A DNA stretch of 64,000 nucleotides from a virus. The stretch covers positions 43,437 to 107,436 of the IMG/VR virus record IMGVR_UViG_3300032087_005453. One strand, 5' to 3'. Positions 9,491 to 20,600 of this stretch are shown here, piece after piece. Under the pieces are notes generated by a model, which was not told the origin of the DNA, did not search any database, and worked only from the letters and a program-made list of their open reading frames with translations. The position numbers and the translations under genes were made by a program. Numbering within the stretch: the first letter of the stretch is position 1; each line of letters begins with the position of its first letter.

Positions 9491-9929
9491 GCCACTTGCC
9501 AATTGGGCATGATGAACTCCTCCATTTAGCTTTTTTATCTAAAAAGCATCCGCATTTAGCACATCTTCTATCAGTACGCATATACTCACAGCCTTCGCAT
9601 ATTTTGAGTCTTTCTAAGTACTGATCATCAGAGACAACATTTAACCCATCCTTTACATGTGCTGCTGTTGCCGAGGCAAGATTTTTAGCCTGCGTCATCA
9701 TACTTGGAAGAGGTTTATCTTCTTTCTTTTCAGGTGTTTGTGGCTCTTCCTTCTTCTTTTTGCCTTTTATGCAATTTACAAAACTCTGTAGCGGCCCTTT
9801 ACACTTCTCCCAAAGATTAAAGTATTTTATATTTGTTTGACATAATTTATGTAAATGTGCATTCTTATTAACTTCATGTCTATTACAATATCCGGCCAGA
9901 GGACATTCACATGGTGTTTTTTTGTCCAT
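9474..9929 (-). CDS. Small Cys-rich protein (two putative metal-binding domains)
   Basis: N-terminal CECPLAGYCNRH...C; C-terminal RLKICEGC...CAKCGC..K....CPIGKW; ATG 9929 after GGAG. Confidence 0.75.
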   Translation of the reverse strand: MDKKTPCECPLAGYCNRHEVNKNAHLHKLCQTNIKYFNLWEKCKGPLQSFVNCIKGKKKKEEPQTPEKKEDKPLPSMMTQAKNLASATAAHVKDGLNVVSDDQYLERLKICEGCEYMRTDRRCAKCGCFLDKKAKWRSSSCPIGKWPSDTN

Positions 9930-10017
9930 CAATATCTCCAATCACTTTATAAAAGCTTTCCTGTTTCTATCTATATTATAGAACAAATCGTAATCTTATT
10001 TATACATAAAATTAATT

Positions 10018-13000
10018 TTAACTCTGTGTTAAGTTTATCAACAGATTACTATCACTACAAGTTTGGTATCTGATCGCAGCAGAACATCCGCATTCTGGAT
10101 TTAAATGTACTGCACCATTAGCTTCAAGCTGATAGTTTTTATAGTCCGATGTGCCAACAGCCGCTGAGTGTCCAACACCACTCCAGGCATATCCACTACT
10201 TAAAATATTACATATAGTTGTTGTTCCTTGACAGCATCCACTATCGTCGAATTTATCATACCCACAGCCTTTATTGGCAAAACAGCAGTCAGTTGCGGGA
10301 TCTAGTTCCAAAAAGTTTGTTCCTAAATATGTGACACCATCACACTCCCATGCCCATCCAGTAGATGCTAGTTCTGTGATATATAGTGTTCCGCCAACGT
10401 CAACAATATTATTAAACTCAGAAATTTCATCTGCCAAGGTTGTTGTTCCATCACAACAACTCCACGGAACACACGTACCGAAAAAGCAGGGTTCGCAATT
10501 TGGAATATAATGATTAAAGTCGGGACTTACTTGTGCTGATCCACCAACTATAAACATATCATCAACAAGTTCATCGATAACATAGGCACCAGTTGTGCCT
10601 GTCTGTACGTCACAGTTGCCTCCTGAGTCCACAGGGAATTCTCCAGTAGCAATAACTTGTGCTACTGTTTTGTATACTTCAACACAGGTGAAAGAATCTG
10701 GTTGATCTTGTCTTGGACTAGCATATCCGCAAACTGTATCTTCACAGTCTTGACACACAACTGGCTTAGTCATCCCTCCGCAGAATTCAGAAGGAATATC
10801 TGTGAGAATATAGTCAAGATTAGTTGGATCATCGTTTGTGTTTTTTCTTCTAATGTTTGAGGTACAGCAATCAACATCGACCATAATCTTAAACGGATTA
10901 AGTAAACACTCGTCTACACCACTAGCAACTGATCTTTGTAGATAATAAGTAAAGCTGGTTTCTTTGTTGTTAGCCCATGTTTTTGGTGCGTGTAGTCCAG
11001 CCGCTATACTTTGATCAGAATGCGTCCATACTGGAATACATCCAGTTGTTGGCACAATACAACTCTTCACATCGTTCAATTGCCTAAAATTATTTCTGTC
11101 AATACCCATTAAAGGAAGAACGTCCTGAACAATAAGTTCTGTATCATCAATACCAATACCGCCCATCAACTGCTGTTGAATATCTGTATCGCAAGTATCA
11201 ATGAATGGAGCTATATTTTCAGTTTCCAATTCAAGATCTGTTCCGCTTAAGTCTTGATACCCATCATGCCAAGGAGAAAAAGTTCTCGTTGCATTTGCGG
11301 TACAAATTTGCATAGAACCAAATCTTGTAACGATAGTTCCAGAAGCGTGAGTTCTTCTTGGAAAGAACATTTTATTACAATAAAGTTCGGCACCACACGA
11401 TGTTTGATCTTGTAAACAACTATGCCGAGCATTTACTGCTAATGTTCCAGATGTACCAACTGGGCTAAAAAATTCACCACTAGAAAAAATTCCAATATTT
11501 GTAGAACCGTCTTCAGTTGTTGGACATTGAGGTTGATATCCTCCAGCGGCATCACTTAACGCAAGATTGTAGATATATGTACCATTTCCGGTAGTGAATC
11601 CAGACTCATAAAACAAATTATAATAATTCCATAGTACATCACCACTTGGATCAACCGGTTGATTTGTGAATAGAAAATCTTGACCAGCATGTAAACCTGT
11701 AGGCTGACTAACTAGACATGGTAAACCTGAATTCCATGCTGGAGTTACGCTATCGGCAGGGTTAGCATAAGCAATAGATTCACAGCCACTTTGTGCTGGA
11801 TCACCTTCGTAGTATTGATATCCGCCATACGCCTTAGTAAAACACTGTAATGGACCTCCTCCATCAGGTGTTTTTAATTCCTGCCAAGTTCTATCATGGG
11901 TATGATATTCTCTGGATACATGTAACCTATATCCATCACCTAAATATCCACTAGATAAACACTCTACTTTACTGACCAACATTATCTCAGGATAGCAACT
12001 TCTTCTATTAACTTGTATCCCAGAAGCTTCTTTTTGTGATCCACTTGGGAAAGGTATTGGATAACTACAAAGACCAGCACCAACATTAGCATTGTCAGCA
12101 CAATCTTGTAGCTCACAATCATCAGGAGTTAAACCACAGCCTTCCGGTGCGTTTTTCTTTTCCGGCTTGTTGATATAGTGTAAAACTCCAGATTCAAATT
12201 GATTAATACCCTCGCTTTTCCATCTACAAGCTGATTCAGAAGTAGCCGAGTATGGACCATATCCAATAAAATCATAATCTTCAATTCCATAGATGATTGG
12301 ACCAACAACCCCAAAATCTCCAGAAAAGGAAACAGATTTTATTAGAGGATTAACACATCCACTACTAGTATTATCTGTTGATATGGTTCCACTGGCGGCA
12401 CAAGCATCCCAATCGATAATTCTGGCTAGCTGTTCATTACAGTCGCATGTACACGCACCTAAATAAGACCTGGGTATTTCACTGATATCGTAATCTCCAC
12501 AATTACAGCATACATCTGGACATTCGCAAAAAGATCTACCGGCTGGTTGGCCGGAAGCACACTGAAAACCACCTGGACAGCCAACAAAACCACTCGCACC
12601 ATATGCATCCGGACCTATACAGCCATATTCTATCACGGAAAAATTACATCCAAATGCGTTATTCGCTAAAAGCACATCATTAACATAATCAAATCTTATA
12701 TAATCTTCTAGTTTTGCTTGAGTAACGCCATCTGTTCTTATTGCATGTTCTGGAGTTATTTCAAACAGGTCAGCATACTGATCATGTACTAAAACAAAAG
12801 AAGTATCTAATTGTAAATCAGTATCTGCGGATGGATAGTGATGTTGACAACCTATTCCGTCAGCATCAGGATTAAATATCTTATAAATAGGGTTGTTGTC
12901 TGTGCCTTGATCTATATAATTAGCGATATCAATATATCCACTTGGATAAGGTTTAAATAGAAACTCTAGCATTTCTGGACAAGCTAATCTCATCGAAACA

Positions 13001-15876
13001 TAAGTCGTATAAGGAAGTCCATCTCTAGTTCCAGCAGTGATATTACCATCAGTTTCTATAAAATTATCTTCCCAATTCCAACCAGTAAGTTTTACAAAAG
13101 AGTTAGCGGTATTCCATGTGGAATAACCAAGTAATAAACTTTGAGTTCCAGTTCCATATGCAAATATTGGTTCTAGAGTAACCGAATTACCAGTTGCTAA
13201 CTGACAGGTATTACCCGTATATGGATTTTGTAAATTTTCTACATAATCATCAAAGTTGTCAAAAATTCCACCACTGCCCTTGGCTTCGCATGGTCCTGGC
13301 CATCCACTCGCACAAGTGTAGTTTATAGGAGCTTCTCTTATGCCTTTGTATAAGCAATAATTAAAACCATGCTCTCCAGTAATTGTGTTGTAGCTATATT
13401 TGGTATCCAAACCTTGTAGTGTAGCAGTTATTGCTGTTTCCTCCATTTGAGGAGTAACACATTGAAGGCAAGAATCGTCGTGGTCAATTTCAATTAAAAA
13501 GGGAACATTGTCAGTGGGCCATCCACTTTGTGCGGTTCCACATCTATCAAATGACAGATAATTAAAACTTTGAGACCCTCCGCAGTCGGTGTAAGAACCA
13601 CTGGTCAATGTATTCCTAAAATATGGTGCTACCAACCTTCCTGATTCGTCGGCCACACCCCAGAAAGGATAATTACCAGTTCCGATAAAAGGGGGATCTC
13701 CTCCATCAGCTTGACCGCTAAACATGACATCTGGATTTGAGAATTCCCAATATACTGGTTCGTTGTTTCCAGACCCCGGTGTTGTATTTCTAGCATCTCC
13801 TTGTTGAATGAGCTGACTAAATCCATTACTGATAACAGACATTCTGTCATCTTTTTGCTGGCCGCATAAACTTCTCATGTATCCATAAGTTGTGTATGGT
13901 TGCTTGATATTACAAACCCAGTCAAATGTATCAAATCCACAGCATGGAGGATCTGCTATACCGCACTCATTAAATGCTTGGTCTTTTTGGAACTTAGGTT
14001 CTTGACACCCATACTCATCTGGATATAAATCCCATTTAGGAAAGCTTGGGAAGGTTATTGGTGATGTAATATATTCCCACTGAGGAGAGTTTACACGTCC
14101 GTCAATGCTGTCGCAATCACAAGGAACTTCCGGTTTGATCATCGCACCCCTGGCATCGTCCAGATTGATGAACATATTAATCTCAAGACCAGCAAGTCCA
14201 CTTCTTAGTTGATCTATATTAGTTGGTAGTGAATTATTCCAATCAGCAAAAGGTAGACCACTTGAATCAAAGTTACATGTATCATAAAAATTAGCACCAC
14301 GATAAACAAAAGACATTCTTGGAATTCGTTGGGTATTCCATTCTGTTCCGCCACCACATCCGTTAAAAGAGTAAGTTTGAGTGATACAGCCCGGAAACAT
14401 ATCCAGAGTATTACGCTTCGTAGCACATGTGAAATTTCTACCTATTTCAAAGTTTCTTTTTTGATCACGTCGTGTATTTAGGTCGTATAAATCCACTTCA
14501 AAGAATGGACCGTTGTATGGCATTTTTCTTTCATATACCGGAACATCACCATCCAACAACACTGTTCCATCAGTATCAACTGAAGGATATGATTTATCTG
14601 TTCTTACTGTGCCACTTGCCACAGTCGGAGTAATAGAATCAAATGGTGCTATAAATCTATTTTCCGGAAACCTATTAGATTGCCTTAGATTCTTCGCGTT
14701 GTTGAACGCTCTACCAAAATCGTTGTGGTAGTTGGTATCAAGATTTGCTCTTTTATAGGTATTGTCTACCCCGTAAGCAAAATTACTACAGCATGTTGAT
14801 GGGTCATAGCTGTTGCCCATAACCCATGTGCCGGATTCGTTGATTGGTGTGGTGAAGTTTTCCTGACCAAAAGTTCCGGCAAGAAAAACTCTTGTGCTAC
14901 TGCCTTGATCAGAAACATCAACAATCTTAAAGTGGTTGCTATAAGTATCATCTAAACCATTAAGATCAAGATGTATTGATCCTCCACGAAACAAAGCATC
15001 AGCAGAAGTGCCATTGTAAGAAACATCAGCATATGCTAAATTATTAACAGCGGTGTTTCTGACGATTTCGTTAACTACACCTTTGTATCTATCTACAACA
15101 CTGCCATCAGGTAAACATGAAGGATAATCACCTAACGCTCTATATCTGAACGGATCGTAGTTTGAAAGGAAATTTCTATGTCTAATTAATGATTGTTTTG
15201 CTCCAGTTGGTGCAACTCCTGTTGGTGGAGTGCCAGAAGTACAAACCGATGCCACGGTAATAAACTCGCCAAAGTTTCCAGAGTTTGGAGTTTCTACGTC
15301 TACGAGCCTCCATGCACCAGTAGCATTTTTATAAATACCATCGGCAAATAAGATCTTGTTTCCAAGACCAAAGTTTTCTGGGTATTTCTTGAAGATCTGA
15401 GTGGGATCATTGTCGTCGCAGGACGCTCCATCGCTAGTTGGTCTGCCGCCATCTGCACTTTGACCAGCCTGTTGGTCTACCAAATAAATCTCTGCTCCAC
15501 CACGTTCTATGCCATCTTCATAACCATCAGAACCATAATGTATAACACCAGTGGGTGTATAAACAGATCTATAAAATACATCTGGTCGTTGCTCATTAGC
15601 ATATGGACCCTGAGTGACCATTCCGCATGTTTTTGTGGCAAAATGGTTTTCATCATATCCATCAAAGAAATCAAAGTGACCATCATTAAAAAATGCCCAC
15701 CCAGAAATCAGCACGTTTGTTTCATTCGATCCAAAACCCCAAAAGGTTGGGTTGGCAATTAATTTCACGTTCAGATGTTTAGGAAGACCAACATTTGCAG
15801 TTTCCTCTAAACAGAACTGTGTTTGTATACAATCTGAGCCGCACGAATAGCAGCCTTCGTAAATGTCTCCAGCCAT
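10018..15876 (-). CDS. Very large Cys-rich, acidic virion protein (tail tip / receptor-binding candidate)
   Basis: 1952-aa ORF at the distal end of the tail module; many CC, CxC and CxxC clusters; rich in G/S/T/D. Confidence 0.55.
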   Translation of the reverse strand: MAGDIYEGCYSCGSDCIQTQFCLEETANVGLPKHLNVKLIANPTFWGFGSNETNVLISGWAFFNDGHFDFFDGYDENHFATKTCGMVTQGPYANEQRPDVFYRSVYTPTGVIHYGSDGYEDGIERGGAEIYLVDQQAGQSADGGRPTSDGASCDDNDPTQIFKKYPENFGLGNKILFADGIYKNATGAWRLVDVETPNSGNFGEFITVASVCTSGTPPTGVAPTGAKQSLIRHRNFLSNYDPFRYRALGDYPSCLPDGSVVDRYKGVVNEIVRNTAVNNLAYADVSYNGTSADALFRGGSIHLDLNGLDDTYSNHFKIVDVSDQGSSTRVFLAGTFGQENFTTPINESGTWVMGNSYDPSTCCSNFAYGVDNTYKRANLDTNYHNDFGRAFNNAKNLRQSNRFPENRFIAPFDSITPTVASGTVRTDKSYPSVDTDGTVLLDGDVPVYERKMPYNGPFFEVDLYDLNTRRDQKRNFEIGRNFTCATKRNTLDMFPGCITQTYSFNGCGGGTEWNTQRIPRMSFVYRGANFYDTCNFDSSGLPFADWNNSLPTNIDQLRSGLAGLEINMFINLDDARGAMIKPEVPCDCDSIDGRVNSPQWEYITSPITFPSFPKWDLYPDEYGCQEPKFQKDQAFNECGIADPPCCGFDTFDWVCNIKQPYTTYGYMRSLCGQQKDDRMSVISNGFSQLIQQGDARNTTPGSGNNEPVYWEFSNPDVMFSGQADGGDPPFIGTGNYPFWGVADESGRLVAPYFRNTLTSGSYTDCGGSQSFNYLSFDRCGTAQSGWPTDNVPFLIEIDHDDSCLQCVTPQMEETAITATLQGLDTKYSYNTITGEHGFNYCLYKGIREAPINYTCASGWPGPCEAKGSGGIFDNFDDYVENLQNPYTGNTCQLATGNSVTLEPIFAYGTGTQSLLLGYSTWNTANSFVKLTGWNWEDNFIETDGNITAGTRDGLPYTTYVSMRLACPEMLEFLFKPYPSGYIDIANYIDQGTDNNPIYKIFNPDADGIGCQHHYPSADTDLQLDTSFVLVHDQYADLFEITPEHAIRTDGVTQAKLEDYIRFDYVNDVLLANNAFGCNFSVIEYGCIGPDAYGASGFVGCPGGFQCASGQPAGRSFCECPDVCCNCGDYDISEIPRSYLGACTCDCNEQLARIIDWDACAASGTISTDNTSSGCVNPLIKSVSFSGDFGVVGPIIYGIEDYDFIGYGPYSATSESACRWKSEGINQFESGVLHYINKPEKKNAPEGCGLTPDDCELQDCADNANVGAGLCSYPIPFPSGSQKEASGIQVNRRSCYPEIMLVSKVECLSSGYLGDGYRLHVSREYHTHDRTWQELKTPDGGGPLQCFTKAYGGYQYYEGDPAQSGCESIAYANPADSVTPAWNSGLPCLVSQPTGLHAGQDFLFTNQPVDPSGDVLWNYYNLFYESGFTTGNGTYIYNLALSDAAGGYQPQCPTTEDGSTNIGIFSSGEFFSPVGTSGTLAVNARHSCLQDQTSCGAELYCNKMFFPRRTHASGTIVTRFGSMQICTANATRTFSPWHDGYQDLSGTDLELETENIAPFIDTCDTDIQQQLMGGIGIDDTELIVQDVLPLMGIDRNNFRQLNDVKSCIVPTTGCIPVWTHSDQSIAAGLHAPKTWANNKETSFTYYLQRSVASGVDECLLNPFKIMVDVDCCTSNIRRKNTNDDPTNLDYILTDIPSEFCGGMTKPVVCQDCEDTVCGYASPRQDQPDSFTCVEVYKTVAQVIATGEFPVDSGGNCDVQTGTTGAYVIDELVDDMFIVGGSAQVSPDFNHYIPNCEPCFFGTCVPWSCCDGTTTLADEISEFNNIVDVGGTLYITELASTGWAWECDGVTYLGTNFLELDPATDCCFANKGCGYDKFDDSGCCQGTTTICNILSSGYAWSGVGHSAAVGTSDYKNYQLEANGAVHLNPECGCSAAIRYQTCSDSNLLINLTQS

Positions 15877-15894
15877 TATATCCTATTTCCTATT

Positions 15895-17667
15895 TTAGAA
15901 TGAATTGATGAGAGTAGTATCTTCACCACACCATTCACAAGTTTTAAAACCTTGAGTTTGTATTTTCATACTACATGTTTGTAATAGTCCAGCATCACAT
16001 TCCACATGTGTAACAAATTGTTGTGATTTAAATTCAGCTTGTAAAATCCAATGTATTGGTAAGGATTCTGTTTGTACCGTAGCATCGTTAGGATATACAT
16101 CTACTGAACATGATGCATTGTTTGGAAATCCAGCAGATGGGGTAAGTGTTCCACCAGTTATTTCACCCCCAACAACTGTTAAGGCAATATCAGTACATAT
16201 GTTACATCCACCAACTGGAACAGCAAAGGCACCAAAAGTATACCCAGTTCCACCATCTACAACGTTAATACTAGCATTGCCACTGGCGTCAGTAGTTAAT
16301 GTAACAACGCCATCTTGTCCAGTACCTCCAGTAAAACTACCAGTATTGATCTTCTTCTTTCTTCCGGTATTGACTGTAAAGGCTAGATCTCCAACATCCA
16401 AATTTTGCCTTAATGGGTTTTCGATGAGAATCTTTTTGTTTTCTATAATTGTTCCGCTGCTCTCGTGTCTAGGAAAAGTTCCCGAAGGACATGGGTTAGA
16501 AACATGTCCACAGTCATGACAGTCTTCTGACCAACTATTATAATAGTCCCCGGCACCAACAGCATCTCTAGTATCTCTAATCACAAATGCTTCGTAATAA
16601 GGAAACTCTAGTCCAGCAAAATCTAATTGTTCATATACGCCAGTATTGTCTGGATTTCCAGTATAAGCAACATATTCCGCATCATAGATTGGATCATCAG
16701 CGACAAATGTTCTTTGTACACTTGGTGAATTTCTTGAGAATTGAGATCTGTTATAACTTCTATCTACTTCATATGAAAAGTTTGGAGGATTGTATGTATT
16801 TGTGACCTTGACGAGTGAAATAATTGTTGTATTACCACCAGTCCAAACACCTCTTGCTTCATCCCATCTTAAATCAACTGGGCCAGATTTCCATACGGCA
16901 GGGTTCCACATAGCTTCTGGATGAATGTTGGATATTCCATTGATAGTAGCATCACCAGTTGGAACCGGATCTCCATCCGTATTGTATCCCCAACCAGTCA
17001 TCACAAGCGGTGCTCTTAACCCAACACCTCTAATGCCAGAAATTTCTGCTGTGTGTCTAGCAAAGTGATCTCTTTCGAAAGAATATGAAACCGGAGCACC
17101 TTTACCAGATGGATAAATACCTGTAACTTCTGGATCGTAAGGATTGTGATTCAAAGCAAACGATATGCTGTGACCACCACTTGTCCAAGGATCATCTTCA
17201 ACAAAATCCGAAGTACCTGACACATCTATATAGGTTGTCAGATTATCGAATGGGTTAAATGGATTTAAAGTTTTGCTATTAGGATCAGAAGTGTTTGTAG
17301 GATTTGTCCAAGTTGGCAAGAATGGACCCGCTCGACCAGAATCAGAATGTGTAGAGTATGGTGCAAAGATACCATCCAGACCTATTGCACCCATACTGTT
17401 CCAGGGGTGAAAATCAGAATTATTGCCAGTAACATCTATAAAATCCCTTGAACTTTCCAAGAAGGAATCGTGATCAAGAATACCAATTGATACAGACGGA
17501 ATAGCACTATACACTCCGGACATAATTGGAGAATCGACGCCGGTTCCAATAATTGTACCCGTAGCCTCAATATTTCCTTGTGCCCGAAGCGTAGTAGCGA
17601 TTTCACCAACAATTAGAGAATTATTTCTTCTAATATTGTTATAATCAGGTTCTTTATTTGTAGGCAT
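15895..17667 (-). CDS. Putative tail/baseplate protein
   Basis: 590 aa downstream of the tape measure; LRAPLVMTGWGY...WKSGPVDLRWD; Cys pairs in the C-terminal half. Confidence 0.55.
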   Translation of the reverse strand: MPTNKEPDYNNIRRNNSLIVGEIATTLRAQGNIEATGTIIGTGVDSPIMSGVYSAIPSVSIGILDHDSFLESSRDFIDVTGNNSDFHPWNSMGAIGLDGIFAPYSTHSDSGRAGPFLPTWTNPTNTSDPNSKTLNPFNPFDNLTTYIDVSGTSDFVEDDPWTSGGHSISFALNHNPYDPEVTGIYPSGKGAPVSYSFERDHFARHTAEISGIRGVGLRAPLVMTGWGYNTDGDPVPTGDATINGISNIHPEAMWNPAVWKSGPVDLRWDEARGVWTGGNTTIISLVKVTNTYNPPNFSYEVDRSYNRSQFSRNSPSVQRTFVADDPIYDAEYVAYTGNPDNTGVYEQLDFAGLEFPYYEAFVIRDTRDAVGAGDYYNSWSEDCHDCGHVSNPCPSGTFPRHESSGTIIENKKILIENPLRQNLDVGDLAFTVNTGRKKKINTGSFTGGTGQDGVVTLTTDASGNASINVVDGGTGYTFGAFAVPVGGCNICTDIALTVVGGEITGGTLTPSAGFPNNASCSVDVYPNDATVQTESLPIHWILQAEFKSQQFVTHVECDAGLLQTCSMKIQTQGFKTCEWCGEDTTLINSF

Positions 17668-17674
17668 AATGTCC

Positions 17675-20600
17675 TTACCTAAATTTAATTTTCTTGATCT
17701 TATTAGATATTTTAGACAAAGTTTTTTCTATATCTCTATTATTTTTATTAAATCTAGGAGAAATAGTTTTAAAACTGTAAGACGTATCTATGTTTGAATT
17801 GCTAACATTGACACTGATATCAGTAACTTGAGGTAAACCATAAAGAGAGTCGCCAATCCTCTTTATGGCAGGTGCTCCAGGTATTTTTATACTTCCTTCT
17901 TCTACAGCAAATAAAGTGAAGTCATCTATTGCGTTTGCTCTACCCTGTGCAGCTAGATTTAAACCTTCTAGTCCACTTGTTTGTGATAGCGTGAAATCTC
18001 CAAATTGGCCAAAGTTTGTTGGAATTAGGAAGTTTTCTGGCACCAAAGAATCATCCTGCTCGTATTCAATTTTGCCCCTAAATGCAACAGCATCTACGGC
18101 GGTAATCCAAGGTCCATAAACATGTCTATTGGATATTTGTGCATAACTTATAGATTTTGGAGTTATTGCTATTGGGGTAGGATATAAATTTGTACTAATT
18201 TTATTTTCATTAATTCGAGGTTGCTGTGTAAGTCCTGAACCTGGACCACTTACCGGACCTTTTGATGTAGTCATATGGGAGGAGCTAAGTATACCCTTTA
18301 AATCTTCCTTTCCTATAATTCCAGTATCCTTTACGGGCGGTAAAAATACTTTTCCTGTTGAGCATTTAACATATGCAAATTGAAACCTACCATTGTCTTC
18401 ATAATCGAGACTATATAGACCACTTATTGTAGTCTCTAAATGTCCAGTGGCTGTGTGTATTGGTAATAACAATGGGTTTTTGAGTCCTGGCTTTGGACTT
18501 CCAAAACCATCAAGAAATGATTCGCTATAATTATATACACCAATTCCTCTTGGTATGCCACTTGTTTCAACTTGGGTTGGTCTTTCTTCAAATCCAGGAC
18601 TTATATTTTGTGTGGGTAATTTTGGCACTCCGCTAGCATCCCACTCAAAAATAGGAAATCCAGCAGTTCCGCTTTCCCAAGTGATTTGATTTTCATATTG
18701 ACCAACGGTTATAGGGCCTAACTGCTCGCTTTTATAGGCTTGACCGGAATTGGCAGCATAATATGTAGGAATCCCGCTTTCATAATAATAAAAAGGTAGT
18801 AAAGTTCTATCGTAATAATAATCATAAGCATACGGAAGAAAAGAATACTCATTTCCTATAGATTGAGGTGCTGCATGAATAATAGAAACACCAGAGTATT
18901 GCGTAGTACACAATTGATCTAAAGAATATTCTGAAAAGTTAAACACCTCTTTGGTCTTATTATCTATAAGGCTGTTTAATTGTTGGATATAAGCCTCATC
19001 ATATGTTCCGCTATTTGCATTACCTGTATCAAAAACAAAATTAAAATCATAGTTAACAAATGGTGATACTGTGCCTCCATTTATAAACTGATTAGATTGC
19101 GGAATTTTTCTCGGATAATAACTCGAAGGTTCAACATAAGCAGAATCAACTAATTCCCAAGAACGCTCAAAGTTTCCAACAAGATTATTCCCATCTAAAT
19201 CTTCTTTGGTTTTAAAGTAAGGAACTGGAAGATACCAGCTTTTACCATAATGAGTATCTCCAATCGCTTTTATTTTTTCGTGAATTTTAGGAAGCAAATC
19301 TCTAACCATATTGCTTTCTGCTACGCCACAACTTAAAAGAGTTTCTGAACCATCTTCACCTGGTTCTGATACTGGCGATCCATCAGCATTTTTGCTAGGT
19401 ATTTGGTCATATGGTCCAATTTGCTGTTGTGAGTGCGTAAAATATCCCAACTGAGATATACATTCCCCAAATGCTGAACCACCAGCAGAATTATACTTAC
19501 CAGCAGCTCGCTTTCTTTTATTTTGTAATTCACTTGTTTGTTCCACCTCCGCACCTGGTGATGTGTTTAATTTAGTATCAAATACTTCGTAACAGTCAGG
19601 ATAATAGTATTCTCTTAATAAATCTAATTTAGCATATTTATAGGCTTTCATAAACTCCAGCCATTTATCAAATGCATTTGCATTAGTTGACCCTATAGCT
19701 ATTCTTATTTCATACATAGATGCGGCATATACACCTCTATGAAAAACCCCTTGCACGTTTATATCCCCAACAATATCTTTCATATCTATAAAAATGAAAT
19801 CATCCATGTCAGAGGGGTCTAATTGAGTTGTAACTACTGGAACTTTTCTTAAAGAAGTTTGTTGTATCCCAAGAGGATCAGTTTCAGTATCGATAGTTGT
19901 TGGGTCTATAGCATTCGGCAGTATGATATCCCCCCAGTAACACTTTAAGTGTTTTTTGGGGACTGTAACTAGCCTACTTTGTTTACCACCGGTAATAACC
20001 TTCATTATTGTAAGATCATTTAGTTTGATGGATATATCAGAACTAGCAATTTTTAAATCATCCAGTTTGTCGGAATCCCAATACTCTGTAGCTACTGGAA
20101 ATTTTCCACCATTGGCGATGGATTGAGTTCCCACATCTGTAAATCCCTCATTGGCAAAATCCAATCCTTTAGAATCTAATGGATCTGAATATATACCGCT
20201 GAGTTCGGGTGTTGCTAATCCATAATCGGAATTACTGATGGGGCGTTTACCTGGGTGAATACCAGTATCATCTACGCCAGTCCAATATACATCTTTTAAA
20301 TCTGGAACTTCTAAACCTATTAAGCTATAGGCAATATTGCTAAAAGGTTTATATTGATTTATAAATGAGTTCTTGTCAACAGTCTGAATTCTAATTGTTC
20401 CACCATATTTTCCACCGGTGGTGCTAAATTTATTAGTGTTTAATCCAGTCCAGTTACAAATGGCAGGTTGGGTCCAATTAGGGTCATCCTCTTGTAATGT
20501 TGGGTCTCCGATACTTGTATCAGTATATAAATCGATATAGCAATAGTATTCTAGATTAGCCTCGCCACATATATCTGCAATTATTTCATTCAAGCTCTTT

